From assembly GCF_009914755.1 (NCBI RefSeq), contig NC_060944.1: a DNA stretch of 64,000 nt; one strand, given 5' to 3'. Within the stretch, counting starts at the first letter, position 1, and every line of letters begins with the position of its first letter. The notes under the pieces are model-generated. The model was not told the DNA's origin. It saw nothing but the letters and a program-made list of their open reading frames with translations, and ran no database searches. Both the position numbers and the translations under genes were made by a program. Of this stretch, positions 26,858-40,452 are shown piece by piece. The stretch comes from the human T2T-CHM13v2.0 reference genome, Homo sapiens.

Positions 26858-29800
26858 CATTCTCAGAAACTTATTTGTGATGTATGTACTCAACTAACGG
26901 AACTAAACCATCGTTTTGAAGGAGCAGTTTTGAAACACTGTTTTTGCGGAATCTGCAAGTGGATATTTGGCTAGCTGGGAGGATTTCGTTGGAAACCGGA
27001 TTACATACAAAAAGCAGAGAGCAGCATTCTCAGAAACTTCTTTGTGATGTTTGCATTCAAGTCACAGAGTTGAACATTCCCTTTCATAGAGCAGGTTTGA
27101 AACACTCTTTTTGTAGTATCTGGATGTGGACATTTGGATCGCTTTCAGGCCTATGGTGAAAAAGGAAATATCTTCCCATGAAAACTAGACAGAAGCATTC
27201 TCAGAAACTTATTTGTGATGTGTGCCCTCAACTGACAGTGTTGAACCTTTGTTTTGATAGAGCAGTTCTGAAACACACTTTTTGTAAAATCTGCAAGAGG
27301 ATATTTGGATAGCTTTGAGGATTTCGTTGGAAACGGGAATGTCTTCATGTAAACTCTAGACAGAAGCATTCTCAGAAACTGCTTTGGGATGTTTCAATTG
27401 AAGTCCCAGTGTTGAACATTCCCTTTCATAGAGCAGGTTTGAAACACTCTTTTTGTACTATCTGGAAGTGGACATTTGGAGCGCTTTCAGGTCTACGGTG
27501 AAAAAGGAGATATCTTCCAATAAAAACTAGATAGAAGCAATGTCAGAACTTTTTTCATGATGTATCTCCTCAGCAAACAGAGTTGAACCTTTCTTTTGAG
27601 AGAGCAGTTTTGAAACACTCTTTTTGTGGAATATGCAAGTGGGTATTAGGCCAGCTTGGAGGATTTCGTTGGAAACGGGAATACGTATAAAAAGCAGACA
27701 GCAGCATTGTCAGAAACTACTTTGTGATGTTTGCATTCAAGTCACAGAATTGAACACTCCCTTTCACAGAGCAGGTTTGAAACACTCTTTTTGTAGTGTC
27801 TGTAAGTGAACATTTGGATTGCTTTCAGGCCTAAGGTGAAAAAGGAAATATCTTCCCATAAAAACTAGACAGAAGCATTCTCAGAAACTTGTTTGTGATG
27901 TGTGCCCTCTACTGACAGAGTTGAACCTTTCTTTGCAAAGAGCAGTTTTGAAACACTCTTTTTGTAGAATCTGCAAGAGGATATTTGGATAGCTTTGAGG
28001 ATTTCTTGGGAAACGGGAATGTCTTCAGATAAACTCTAGACAGAAGCATTCTCAGAAACTTCTTTGGGATGTTTCAATTGAAGTCACAGTGTTGAACATT
28101 CCCTTTCACAGAGCAGGTTTGAAACACACTTTTTGTAGTGACTATAAGTGAACATTTGGCGTGCTTTCAGGCCTAACGTGAAAAAGGAAATATCTTCCCA
28201 TAAAAACTAGACAGAAGCATTCTCAGAAACTTGTTCGTGATGTGTGCCCTCTACTGACAGAGTTGAACCTTTCTTTGCAAAGAGCAGCTTTGAAACACTC
28301 TTTTTGTAGAATCTGCAAGAGGATATTTGGATACCTTTGAGGATTTCGTTGGAAAAGGGTATGTCTTAAGATAAATTCTAGACAGAAGCATTCTCAGAAA
28401 CTTCTTTGGGATGTTGCATACAAGTCACAGAGTAGAACATTCCCATTCATAGAGCAGATTTGAAACACTCTTTTTGTAGTATCTGGAAGTGGACATTTGG
28501 AGCGCTTTCAGGCCTATGTTGAAAAAGGAAATATCTTCCCATAAAAACTAGACGGAAGCATTCTCAGAAACTTACTTGTGATGTGTTTGCTCAACTAACA
28601 GAATTGAACCATCGTTTTGAAGGAGCAGTTTTGAAACACTGTTTTCGTGGAATCTGCAAGTGGATATTTGGCTAGCTTTGAGGATTTCGTTGGAAACGGG
28701 ATTACATATAAAAAGGAGACAGCAGCATTCTCAGAAACTTCTTTGTGATGTCTGCATTCAAGTCACAGGGTTGAGCATTCCCTTTCATAGAGCAGGTTGG
28801 AAACACTCTTTTTGTAGTATCTGGATGAGGACATTTGGAGCGCTTTCAGGCGTATGGTGAAAAAGGAAATATCTTCCCGTAAAAACTAGACAGAAGCATT
28901 CTCAGAAATTTATTTGTGATGTGTGCCCTCAACTAACAGAGTTGAACCTTTCTTTTGATAGAGCAGTTTTGAAACACTCTTTTTGTAAAATCTGCAAGAG
29001 GATATTTGGATAGCTTTGAGGATTTCGTTGCAAACGGGAATGGCTTCATATAAACTCTAGACAGAAGCATTCTCAGAAACTTCTTTGGGATGTTTCGATT
29101 GAAGTCCCAGTGTTGAACATTCCCTTTTATAGAGCAGGTTGGAAACACTCTTTCTGCATTCCCTGGAAGTGGACATTTGGAGCGCTTTCAGGACGACGGT
29201 GAAAATGGAAATATCTTCCAATAAAATCTAGATAGAAGCAACGTCAGAAACTTTTATGTGATGGATCTACTCAGCTAACAGAGTTGAACCTTTCTTTTGA
29301 GAGAGCAGTTTTGCAACACTCTTTTTGTGGAATATGCAAGTGGATATTAGGGCAGCTTTGAGGATTTCGTTGGAAACGGGAATACATGTAAAAAGCAGAC
29401 AGCAGCATTCTCAGAAACTTCTTTGTGATGTTTGCATTGAAGTCACAGAGTTGAACATTCCCTTTGAGAGAGCAGGATTGAAACACGCCTTTTGTCATAT
29501 CTGGAAGTGTCCATTCGGAGCGCATTCAGGCTTGTGTTGAAAAAGGAAATATCCTCCCATAAAAACTATACAGAAGCATTCTCAGAAACTTATTTGTGAT
29601 GTATGTACTCAACTAACAGAACTAAACCATCGTTTTGAAGGAGCAGTTTTGAAACACTGTTTTTGCGGAATCTGCAAGTGGATATTTGGCTAGCTGGGAG
29701 GATTTCGTTGGAAACGGGATTACATACAAAAAGCAGACAGCAGCATTCTCAGAAACTTCTTTGTGATGTTTGCATTCAAGTCACAGAGTTGAACATTCCC

Positions 29801-32800
29801 TTTCATAGAGCAGGTTTGAAACACTCTTTTTGTAATATCTGGATGTGGACATTTGGATCGATTTCAGGCCTATGGTGAAAAAGGAAATATCTTCCCATGA
29901 AAACTAGACAGAAGCATTCTCAGAAACTTATTTGTGATGTGTGCCCTCAACTGACAGTGTTGAACCTTTGTTTTGATAGAGCAGTTCTGAAACACACTTT
30001 TTGTAAAATCTGCAAGAGGATATTTGGATAGCTTTGAGGATTTCGTTGGAAACGGGAATGTCTTCATGTAAACTCTAGACAGAAGCATTCTCAGAAACTG
30101 CTTTGGGATGTTTCAATTGAAGTCCCAGTGTTGAACATTCCCTTTCATAGAGCAGGTTTGAAACACTCTTTTTGTACTATCTGGAAGTGGACATTTGGAG
30201 CGCTTTCAGGTCTACGGTGAAAAAGGAGATATCTTCCAATAAAAACTACATAGAAGCAATGTCAGAACTTTTTTCATGATGTATCTACTCAGCAAACAGA
30301 GTTGAACCTTTCTTTTGAGAGAGCAGTTTTGAAACACTCTTTTTGTGGAATATGCAAGTGGGTATTAGGCCGGCTTGGAGGATTTCGTTGGAAACGGGAA
30401 TACGTATAAAAAGCAGACAGCAGCATTGTCAGAAAGTACTTTGTGATGTTTGCATTCAAGTCACAGAATGGAACACTCCCTTTCACAGAGCAGGTTTGAA
30501 ACACTCTTTTTGTAGTGTCTGTAAGTGAACATTTGGATTGCTTTCAGGCCTAAGGTGAAAAAGGAAATATCTTCCCATAAAAACTAGACAGAAGCATTCT
30601 CAGAAACTTGTTTGTGATGTGTGCCCTCTACTGACAGAGTTGAACCTTTCTTTGCAAAGAGCAGTTTTGAAACACTCTTTTTGTAGAATCTGCAAAAGGA
30701 TATTTGGATAGCTTTGAGGATTTCTTGGGAAACGGGAATGTCTTCAGATAAACTCTAGACAGAAGCATTCTCAGAAACTTCTTTGGGATGTTTCAATTGA
30801 AGTCACAGTGTTGAACATTCCCTTTCACAGAGCAGGTTTGAAACACTCTTTTTGTAGTGTCTATAAGTGAACATTTGGCGTGCTTTCAGGCGTAACGTGA
30901 AAAAGGAAATATCTTCCCATAAAAGCTAGACAGAAGCATTCTCAGAAACTTGTTTGTGATGTGTGCCCTCTACTGACAGAGTTGAACCTTTCTTTGCAAA
31001 GAGCAGCTTTGAAACACTCTTTTTGTAGAATCTGCAAGAGGATATTTGGATAGCTTTGAGGATTTTGTTGGAAACGGGTATGTCTTCAGATAAACTCTAG
31101 ACAGAAGCATTCTCAGAAACTTCTTTGAGATGTTGCATTCAAGTCACAGAGTAGAACATTCCCATTCATAGAGCAGATTTGAAACACTCTTTTTGTAGTA
31201 TCTGGAAGTGGACATTTGGAGCGCTTTCAGGCCTATGTTGAAAAAGGAAATATCTTCCCATAAAAACTAGACGGAAGCATTCTCAGAAACTTACTTGTGA
31301 TGTGTTTGCTCAACTAACAGAATTGAACCATCGTTTTGAAGGAGCAGTTTTGAAACACTGTTTTCGTGGAATCTGCAAGTGGATATTTGGCTAGCTTTGA
31401 GGATTTCGTTGGAAACGGGATTACATATAAAAAGGAGACAGCAGCATTCTCAGAAACTTCTTTGTGATGTCTGCATTCAAGTCACAGAGTTGAGCATTCC
31501 CTTTCATAGAGCAGGTTGGAAACACTCTTTTTGTAGTATCTGGATGAGGACATTTGGAGCTCTTTCAGGCCTATGGTGAAAAAGGAAATATCTTCCCGTA
31601 AAAACTAGACAGAAGCATTCTCAGAAGTTTATTTGTGATGTGTGCCCTCAACTAACAGAGTTGAACCTTTCTTTTGATAGAGCAGTTTTGAAACACTCTT
31701 TTTGTAAAATCTGCAAGAGGATATTTGGATAGCTTTGAGGATTTCATTGCAAACGGGAATGGCTTCATATAAACTCTAGACAGAAGCATTCTCAGAAACT
31801 ACTTTGGGATGTTTCGATTGAAGTCCCAGTGTTGAATATTCCCTTTTATAGAGCAGGTTGGAAACACTCTTTCTGCATTCCCTGGAAGTGGACATTTGGA
31901 GCGCTTTCAGGACGACGGTGAAAATGGAAATATCTTCCAATAAAATCTAGATAGAAGCAACGTCAGAAACTTTTATGTGATGGATCTACTCAGCTAACAG
32001 AGTTGAACCTTTCTTTTGAGAGAGCAGTTTTGCAACACTCTTTTTGTGGAATATGCAAGTGGATATTAGGGCAGCTTTGAGGATTTCGTTGGAAACGGGA
32101 ATACATGTAAAAAGCAGACAGCAGCATTCTCAGAAACTTCTTTGTGATGTTTGCATTGAAGTCACAGAGTTGAACATTCCCTTTGAGAGAGCAGGTTTGA
32201 AACACGCCTTTTGTCATATCTGGAAGTGTCCATTCGGAGCGCATTCAGGCTTGTGTTGAAAAAGGAAATATCCTCCCATAAAAACTATACAGAAGCATTC
32301 TCAGAAACTTATTTGTGATGTATGTACTCAACTAACGGAACTAAACCATCGTTTTGAAGGAGCAGTTTTGAAACACTCTTTTTGCGGAATCTGCAAGTGG
32401 ATATTTGGCTAGCTGGGAGGATTTCGTTGGAAACGGGATTACATACAAAAAGCAGAGAGCAGCATTCTCAGAAACTTCTTTGTGATGTTTGCATTCAAGT
32501 CACAGAGTTGAACATTCCCTATCATAGAGCAGGTTTGAAACACTCTTTTTGTAGTATCTGGATGTGGACATTTGGATCGCTTTCAGGCCTATGGTGAAAA
32601 AGGAAATATCTTCCCATGAAAACTAGACAGAAGCATTCTCAGAAACTTATTTGTGATGTGTGCCCTCAACTGACAGTGTTGAACCTTTGTTTTGATAGAG
32701 CAGTTCTGAAACACACTTTTTGTAATATCTGCAAGAGGATATTTGGATAGCTTTGAGGATTTCGTTGGAAACGGGAATGTCTTCATGTAAACTCTAGACA

Positions 32801-35800
32801 GAAGCATTCTCAGAAACTGCTTTGGGATGTTTCAATTGAAGTCCCAGTGTTGAACATTCCCTTTCATAGAGCAGGTTTGAAACACTCTTTTTGTACTATC
32901 TGGAAGTGGACATTTGGAGCGCTTTCAGGTCTACGGTGAAAAAGGAGATATCTTCCAATAAAAACTAGATAGAAGCAATGTCAGAACTTTTTTCATGATG
33001 TATCTACTCAGCAAACAGAGTTGAACCTTTCTTTTGAGAGAGCAGTTTTGAAACACTCTTTTTGTGGAATATGCAAGTGGGTATTAGGCCAGCTTGGAGG
33101 ATTTCGTTGGAAACGGGAATACGTATAAAAAGCAGACAGCAGCATTGTCAGAAACTACTTTGTGATGTTTGCATTCAAGTCACAGAATTGAACACTCCCT
33201 TTCACAGAGCAGGTTTGAAACACTCTTTTTGTAGTGTCTGTAAGTGAACATTTGGATTGCTTTCAGGCCTAAGGTGAAAAAGGAAATATCTTCCCATAAA
33301 AACTAGACAGAAGCATTCTCAGAAACTTGTTTGTGATGTGTGCCCTCTACTGACAGAGTTGAACCTTTCTTTGCAAAGAGCAGTTTTGAAACACTCTTTT
33401 TGTAGAATCTGCAAGAGGATATTTGGATAGCTTTGAGGATTTCTTGGGAAACGGGAATGTCTTCAGATAAACTCTAGACAGAAGCATTCTCAGAAACTTC
33501 TTTGGGATGTTTCAATTGAAGTCACAGTGTTGAACATTCCCTTTCACAGAGCAGGTTTGAAACACTCTTTTTGTAGTGTCTATAAGTGAACATTTGGCGT
33601 GCTTTCAGGCCTAACGTGAAAAAGGAAATATCTTCCCATAAAAACTAGACAGAAGCATTCTCAGAAACTTGTTCGTGATGTGTGCCCTCTACTGACAGAG
33701 TTGAACCTTTCTTTGCAAAGAGCAGCTTTGAAACACTCTTTTTGTAGAATCTGCAAGAGGATATTTGGATAGCTTTGAGGATTTCGTTGGAAACGGGTAT
33801 GTCTTCAGATAAACTCTAGACAGAAGCATTCTCAGAAACTTCTTTGGGATGTTGCATTCAAGTCACAGAGTAGAACATTCCCATTCATAGAGCAGATTTG
33901 AAACACTCTTTTTGTAGTATCTGGAAGTGGACATTTGGAGCGCTTTCAGGCCTATGTTGAAAAAGGAAATATGTTCCCATAAAAACTAGATGGAAGCATT
34001 CTCAGAAACTTACTTGTGATGTGTTTGCTCAACTAACAGAATTGAACCATCGTTTTGAAGGAGCAGTTTTGAAACACTGTTTTCGTGGAATCTGCAAGTG
34101 GATATTTGGCTAGCTTTGAGGATTTCGTTGGAAACGTGATTACATATAAAAAGGAGACAGCAGCATTCTCAGAAACTTCTTTGTGATGTCTGCATTCAAG
34201 TCACAGAGTTGAGCATTCCCTTTCATAGAGCAGGTTGGAAACACTCTTTTTGTAGTATCTGGATGAGGACATTTGGAGCGCTTTCAGGCGTATGGTGAAA
34301 AAGGAAATATCTTCCCGTAAAAACTAGACAGAAGCATTCTCAGAAATTTATTTGTGATGTGTGCCCTCAACTAACAGAGTTGAACCTTTCTTTTGATAGA
34401 GCAGTTTTGAAACACTCTTTTTGTAAAATCTGCAAGAGGATATTTGGATAGCTTTGAGGATTTCATTGCAAACGGGAATGGCTTCATATAAACTCTAGAC
34501 AGAAGCATTCTCAGAAACTTCGTTGGGATGTTTCGATTGAAGTCCCAGTGTTGAACATTCCCTTTTATAGAGCAGGTTGGAAACACTCTTTCTGCATTCC
34601 CTGGAAGTGGACATTTGGAGCGCTTTCAGGACGACGGTGAAAATGGAAATATCTTCCAATAAAATCTAGATAGATGCAACGTCAGAAACTTTTATGTGAT
34701 GGATCTACTCAGCTAACAGAGTTGAACCTTTCTTTTGAGAGAGCAGTTTTGCAACACTCTTTTTGTGGAATATGCAAGTGGATATTAGGGCAGCTTTGAG
34801 GATTTCGTTGGAAACGGGAATACATGTAAAAAGCAGACAGCAGCATTCTCAGAAACTTCTTTGTGATGTTTGCATTGAAGTCACAGAGTTGAACATTCCC
34901 TTTGAGAGAGCAGGTTTGAAACACGCCTTTTGTCATATCTGGAAGTGTCCATTGGGAGCTCATTCAGGCTTGTGTTGAAAAAGGAAATATCCTCCCAGAA
35001 AAACTAGACAGAAGCATTCTCAGAAACTTATCTGTGATGTATGTACTCAACTAACAGAACTAAACCATCGTTTTGAAGGAGCAGTTTTGAAACACTGTTT
35101 TTGCGGAATCTGCAAGTGGATATTTGGCTAGCTGGGAGGATTTCGTTGGAAACGGGATTACATACAAAGAGCAGAGAGCAGCATTCTCAGAAACTTCTTT
35201 GTGATGTTTGCATTCAAGTCACAGAGTTGAACATTCCCTTTCATAGAGCAGGTTTGAAACACTCTTTTTGTAGTATCTGGATGTGGACATTTGGATCGCT
35301 TTCAGGCCTATGGTGAAAAAGGAAATATCTTCCCATGAAAACTAGACAGAAGCATTCTCAGAAACTTATTTGTGATGTGTGCCCTCAACTGACAGTGTTG
35401 AACCTTTGTTTTGATAGAGCAGTTCTGAAACACACTTTTTGTAAAATCTGCAAGAGGATATTTGGATAGCTTTGAGGATTTCGTTGGAAACGGGAATGTC
35501 TTCATGTAAACTCTAGACAGAAGCATTCTCAGAAACTGCTTTGGGATGTTTCAATTGAAGTCCCAGTGTTGAACATTCCCTTTCATAGAGCAGGTTTGAA
35601 ACACTCTTTTTGTACTATCTGGAAGTGGACATTTGGAGCGCTTTCAGGTCTACGGTGAAAAAGGAGATATCTTCCAATAAAAACTAGATAGAAGCAATGT
35701 CAGAACTTTTTTCATGATGTATCTACTCAGCAAACAGAGTTGAACCTTTCTTTTGAGAGAGCAGTTTTGAAACACTCTTTTTGTGGAATATGCAAGTGGG

Positions 35801-38800
35801 TATTAGGCCAGCTTGGAGGATTTCGTTGGAAACGGGAATACGTATAAAAAGCAGACAGCAGCATTGTCAGAAACTACTTTGTGATGTTTGCATTCAAGTC
35901 ACAGAATTGAACACTCCCTTTCACAGAGCAGGTTTGAAACACTCTTTTTGTAGTGTCTGTAAGTGAACATTTGGATTGCTTTCAGGCCTAAGGTGAAAAA
36001 GGAAATATCTTCCCATAAAAACTAGACAGAAGCATTCTCAGAAACTTGTTTGTGATGTGTGCCCTCTACTGACAGAGTTGAACCTTTCTTTGCAAAGAGC
36101 AGTTTTGAAACACTCTTTTTGTAGAATCTGCAAGAGGATATTTGGATAGCTTTGAGGATTTCTTGGGAAACGGGAATGTCTTCAGATAAACTCTAGACAG
36201 AAGCATTCTCAGAAACTTCTTTGGGATGTTTCAATTGAAGTCACAGTGTTGAACATTCCCTTTCACAGAGCAGGTTTGAAACACTCTTTTTGTAGTGTCT
36301 ATAAGTGAACATTTGGCGTGCTTTCAGGCGTAACGTGAAAAAGGAAATATCTTCCCATAAAAACTAGACAGAAGCATTCTCAGAAACTTGTTCTTGATGT
36401 GTCCCCTCTACTGACAGAGTTGAACCTTTCTTTGCAAAGAGCAGCTTTGAAACACTCTTTTTGTAGAATCTGCAAGAGGATATTTGGATAGCTTGGAGGA
36501 TTTCGTTGGAAACGGGTATGTCTTCAGATAAACTCTAGACAGAAGCATTCTCAGAAACTTCTTTGGGATGTTGCATTCAAGTCACAGAGTAGAACATTCC
36601 CATTCATAGAGCAGATTTGAAACACTCTTTTTGTAGTATCTGGAAGTGGACATTTGGAGCGCTTTCAGGCCTATGTTGAAAAAGGAAATATCTTCCCATA
36701 AAAACTAGACGGAAGCATTCTCAGAAACTTATTTGTGATGTGTTTGCTCAACTAACAGGATTGAACCATCGTTTTGAAGGAGCAGTTTTGAAACACTGTT
36801 TTCGTGGAATCTGCAAGTGGATATTTGGCTAGCTTTGAGGATTTCGTTGGAAACGGGATTACATATAAAAAGGAGACAGCAGCATTCTCAGAAACTTCTT
36901 TGTGATGTCTGCATTCAAGTCACAGAGTTGAGCATTCCCTTTCATAGAGCAGGTTGGAAACACTCTTTTTGTAGTATCTGGATGCGGACATTTGGAGCGC
37001 TTTCAGGCGTATGGTGAAAAAGGAAATATCTTCCCGTAAAAAGTAGACAGAAGCATTCTCAGAAGTTTATTTGTGATGTCTGCCCTCAACTAACAGAGTT
37101 GAACCTTTCTTTTGATAGAGCAGTTTTGAAACACTCTTTTTGTAAAATCTGCAAGAGGATATTTGGATAGCTTTGAGGATTTCGTTGCAAACGGGAATGG
37201 CTTCATATAAACTCTAGACAGAAGCATTCTCAGAAACTTCGTTGGGATGTTTCGATTGAAGTCCCAGTGTTGAACATTCCCTTTTATAGAGCAGGTTGGA
37301 AACACTCTTTCTGCATTCCCTGGAAGTGGACATTTGGAGCGCTTTCAGGACGACGGTGAAAATGGAAATATCTTCCAATAAAATCTAGATAGAAACAACG
37401 TCAGAAACTTTTATGTGATGGATCTACTCAGCTAACAGAGTTGAACCTTTCTTTTGAGAGAGCAGTTTTGCAACACTCTTTTTGTGGAATATGCAAGTGG
37501 ATATTAGGGCAGCTTTGAGGATTTCGTTGGAAACGGGAATACATGTAAAAAGCAGACAGCAGCATTCTCAGAAACTTCTTTGTGATGTTTGCATTGAAGT
37601 CACAGAGTTGAACATTCCATTTGAGAGAGCAGGATTGAAACACGCCTTTTGTCATATCTGGAAGTGTCCATTCGGAGCGCATTCAGGCTTGTGTTGAAAA
37701 AGGAAATATCCTCCCATAAAAACTATACAGAAGCATTCTCAGAAACTTATTTGTGATGTATGTACTCAACTAACAGAACTAAACCATCGTTTTGAAGGAG
37801 CAGTTTTGAAACACTGTTTTTGCGGAATCTGCAAGTGGATATTTGGCTAGCTGGGAGGATTTCGTTGGAAACGGGATTACATACAAAAAGCAGAGAGCAG
37901 CATTCTCAGAAACTTCTTCGTGATGTTTGCATTCAAGTCACAGAGTTGAACATTCCCTTTCATAGAGCAGGTTTGAAACACTCTTTTTGTAGTATCTGGA
38001 TGTGGACATTTGGATCGCTTTCAGGCCTATGGTGAAAAAGGAAATATCTTCCCATGAAAACTAGACAGAAGCATTCTCAGAAACTTCTTTGTGATGTGTG
38101 CCCTCAACTGACAGTGTTGAACCTTTGTTTTGATAGAGCAGTTCTGAAACACACTTTTTGTAAAATCTGCAAGAGGATATTTGGATAACTTTGAGGATTT
38201 CGTTGGAAACGGGAATGTCTTTATGTAAACTCTAGACAGAAGCATTCTCAGAAACTGCTTTGGGATGTTTCAATTGAAGTCCCAGTGTTGAACATTCCCT
38301 TTCATAGAGCAGGTTTGAAACACTCTTTTTGTACTGTCTGGAAGTGGACATTTGGAGCGCTTTCAGGTCTACGGTGAAAAAGGAGATATCTTCCAATAAA
38401 AACTACATAGAAGCAATGTCAGAACTTTTTTCATGATGTATCTACTCAGCAAACAGAGTTGAACCTTTCTTTTGAGAGAGCAGTTTTGAAACACTCTTTT
38501 TGTGGAATATGCAAGTGGGTATTAGGCCGGCTTGGAGGATTTCGTTGGAAACGGGAATACGTATAAAAAGCAGACAGCAGCATTGTCAGAAACTACTTTG
38601 TGATGTTTGCATTCAAGTCACAGAATTGAACACTCCCTTTCACAGAGCAGGTTTGAAACACTCTTTTTGTAGTGTCTGTAAGTGAACATTTGGATTGCTT
38701 TCAGGCCTAAGGTGAAAAAGGAAATATCTTCCCATAAAAACTAGACAGAAGCATTCTCAGAAACTTGTTTGTGATGTGTGCCCTCTACTGACAGAGTTGA

Positions 38801-40452
38801 ACCTTTCTTTGCAAAGAGCAGTTTTGAAACACTCTTTTTGTAGAATCTGCAAGAGGATATTTGGATAGCTTTGAGGATTTCTTGGGAAACGGGAATGTCT
38901 TCAGATAAACTCTAGACAGAAGCATTCTCAGAAACTTCTTTGGGATGTTTCAATTGAAGTCACAGTGTTGAACATTCCCTTTCACAGAGCAGGTTTGAAA
39001 CACTCTTTTTGTAGTGTCTATAAGTGAACATTTGGCGTGCTTTCAGGCCTAACGTGAAAAAGGAAATATCTTCCCATAAAAACTAGACAGAAGCATTCTC
39101 AGAAACTTGTTCGTGATGTGTGCCCTCTACTGACAGAGTTGAACCTTTCTTTGCAAAGAGCAGCTTTGAAACACTCTTTTTGTAGAATCTGCAAGAGGAT
39201 ATTTGGATAGCTTTGAGGATTTCGTTGGAAACGGGTATGTCTTAAGATAAACTCTAGACAGAAGCATTCTCAGAAACTTCTTTGGGATGTTGCATACAAG
39301 TCACAGAGTAGAACATTCCCATTCATAGAGCAGATTTGAAACACTATTTTTGTAGTATCTGGAAGTGGACATTTGGAGCGCTTTCAGGCCTATGTTGAAA
39401 AAGGAAATATCTTCCCATAAAAACTAGATGGAAGCATTCTCAGAAACTTACTTGTGATGTGTTTGCTCAACTAACAGAATTGAACCATCGTTTTGAAGGA
39501 GCAGTTTTGAAACACTGTTTTCGTGGAATCTGCAAGTGGATATTTGGCTAGCTTTGAGGATTTCGTTGGAAACGGGATTACATATAAAAAGGAGACAGCA
39601 GCATTCTCAGAAACTTCTTTGTGATGTCTGCATTCAAGTCACAGGGTTGAGCATTCCCTTTCATAGAGCAGGTTGGAAACACTCTTTTTGTAGTATCTGG
39701 ATGAGGACATTTGGAGCGCTTTCAGGCCTATGGTGAAAAACGAAATATCTTCCCGTAAAAACTAGACAGAAGCATTCTCAGAAGTTTATTTGTGATGTGT
39801 GCCCTCAACTAACAGAGTTGAACCTTTCTTTTGATAGAGCAGTTTTGAAACACTCTTTTTGTAAAATCTGCAAGAGAATATTTAGATAGCTTTGAGGATT
39901 TCGTTGCAAACGGGAATGGCTTCATATAAACTCTAGACAGAAGCATTCTCAGAAACTTCGTTGGGATGTTTCGATTGAAGTCCCAGTGATGAACATTCCC
40001 TTTTATAGAGCAGGTTGGAAACACTCTTTCTGCATTCCCTGGAAGTGGACATTTGGAGCGCTTTCAGGACGACGGTGAAAATGGAAATATCTTCCAAGAA
40101 AATCTAGATAGAAGCAATGTCAGAAACTTTTATGTGATGGATCTACTCAGCTAACAGAGTTGAACCTTTCTTTTGAGAGAGCAGTTTTGCAACACTCTTT
40201 TTGTGGAATATGCAAGTGGATATTAGGGCAGCTTTGAGGATTTCGTTGGAAACGGGAATACATGTAAAAAGCAGACAGCAGCATTCTCAGAAACTTCTTT
40301 GTGATGTTTGCATTGAAGTCACAGAGTTGAACATTCCCTTTGAGAGAGCAGGTTTGAAACACGCCTTTTGTCATATCTGGAAGTGTCCATTGGGAGCGCA
40401 TTTAGGCTTGTGTAGAAAAAGGAAATATCCTCCCATAAAAACTAGACAGAAG
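26858..40452 (+). repeat. H12-H16, five canonical-length 16-mers (starts 26858, 29577, 32296, 35015, 37734)
   Basis: Marker spacing is 2,719 bp throughout. Confidence 0.94.
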
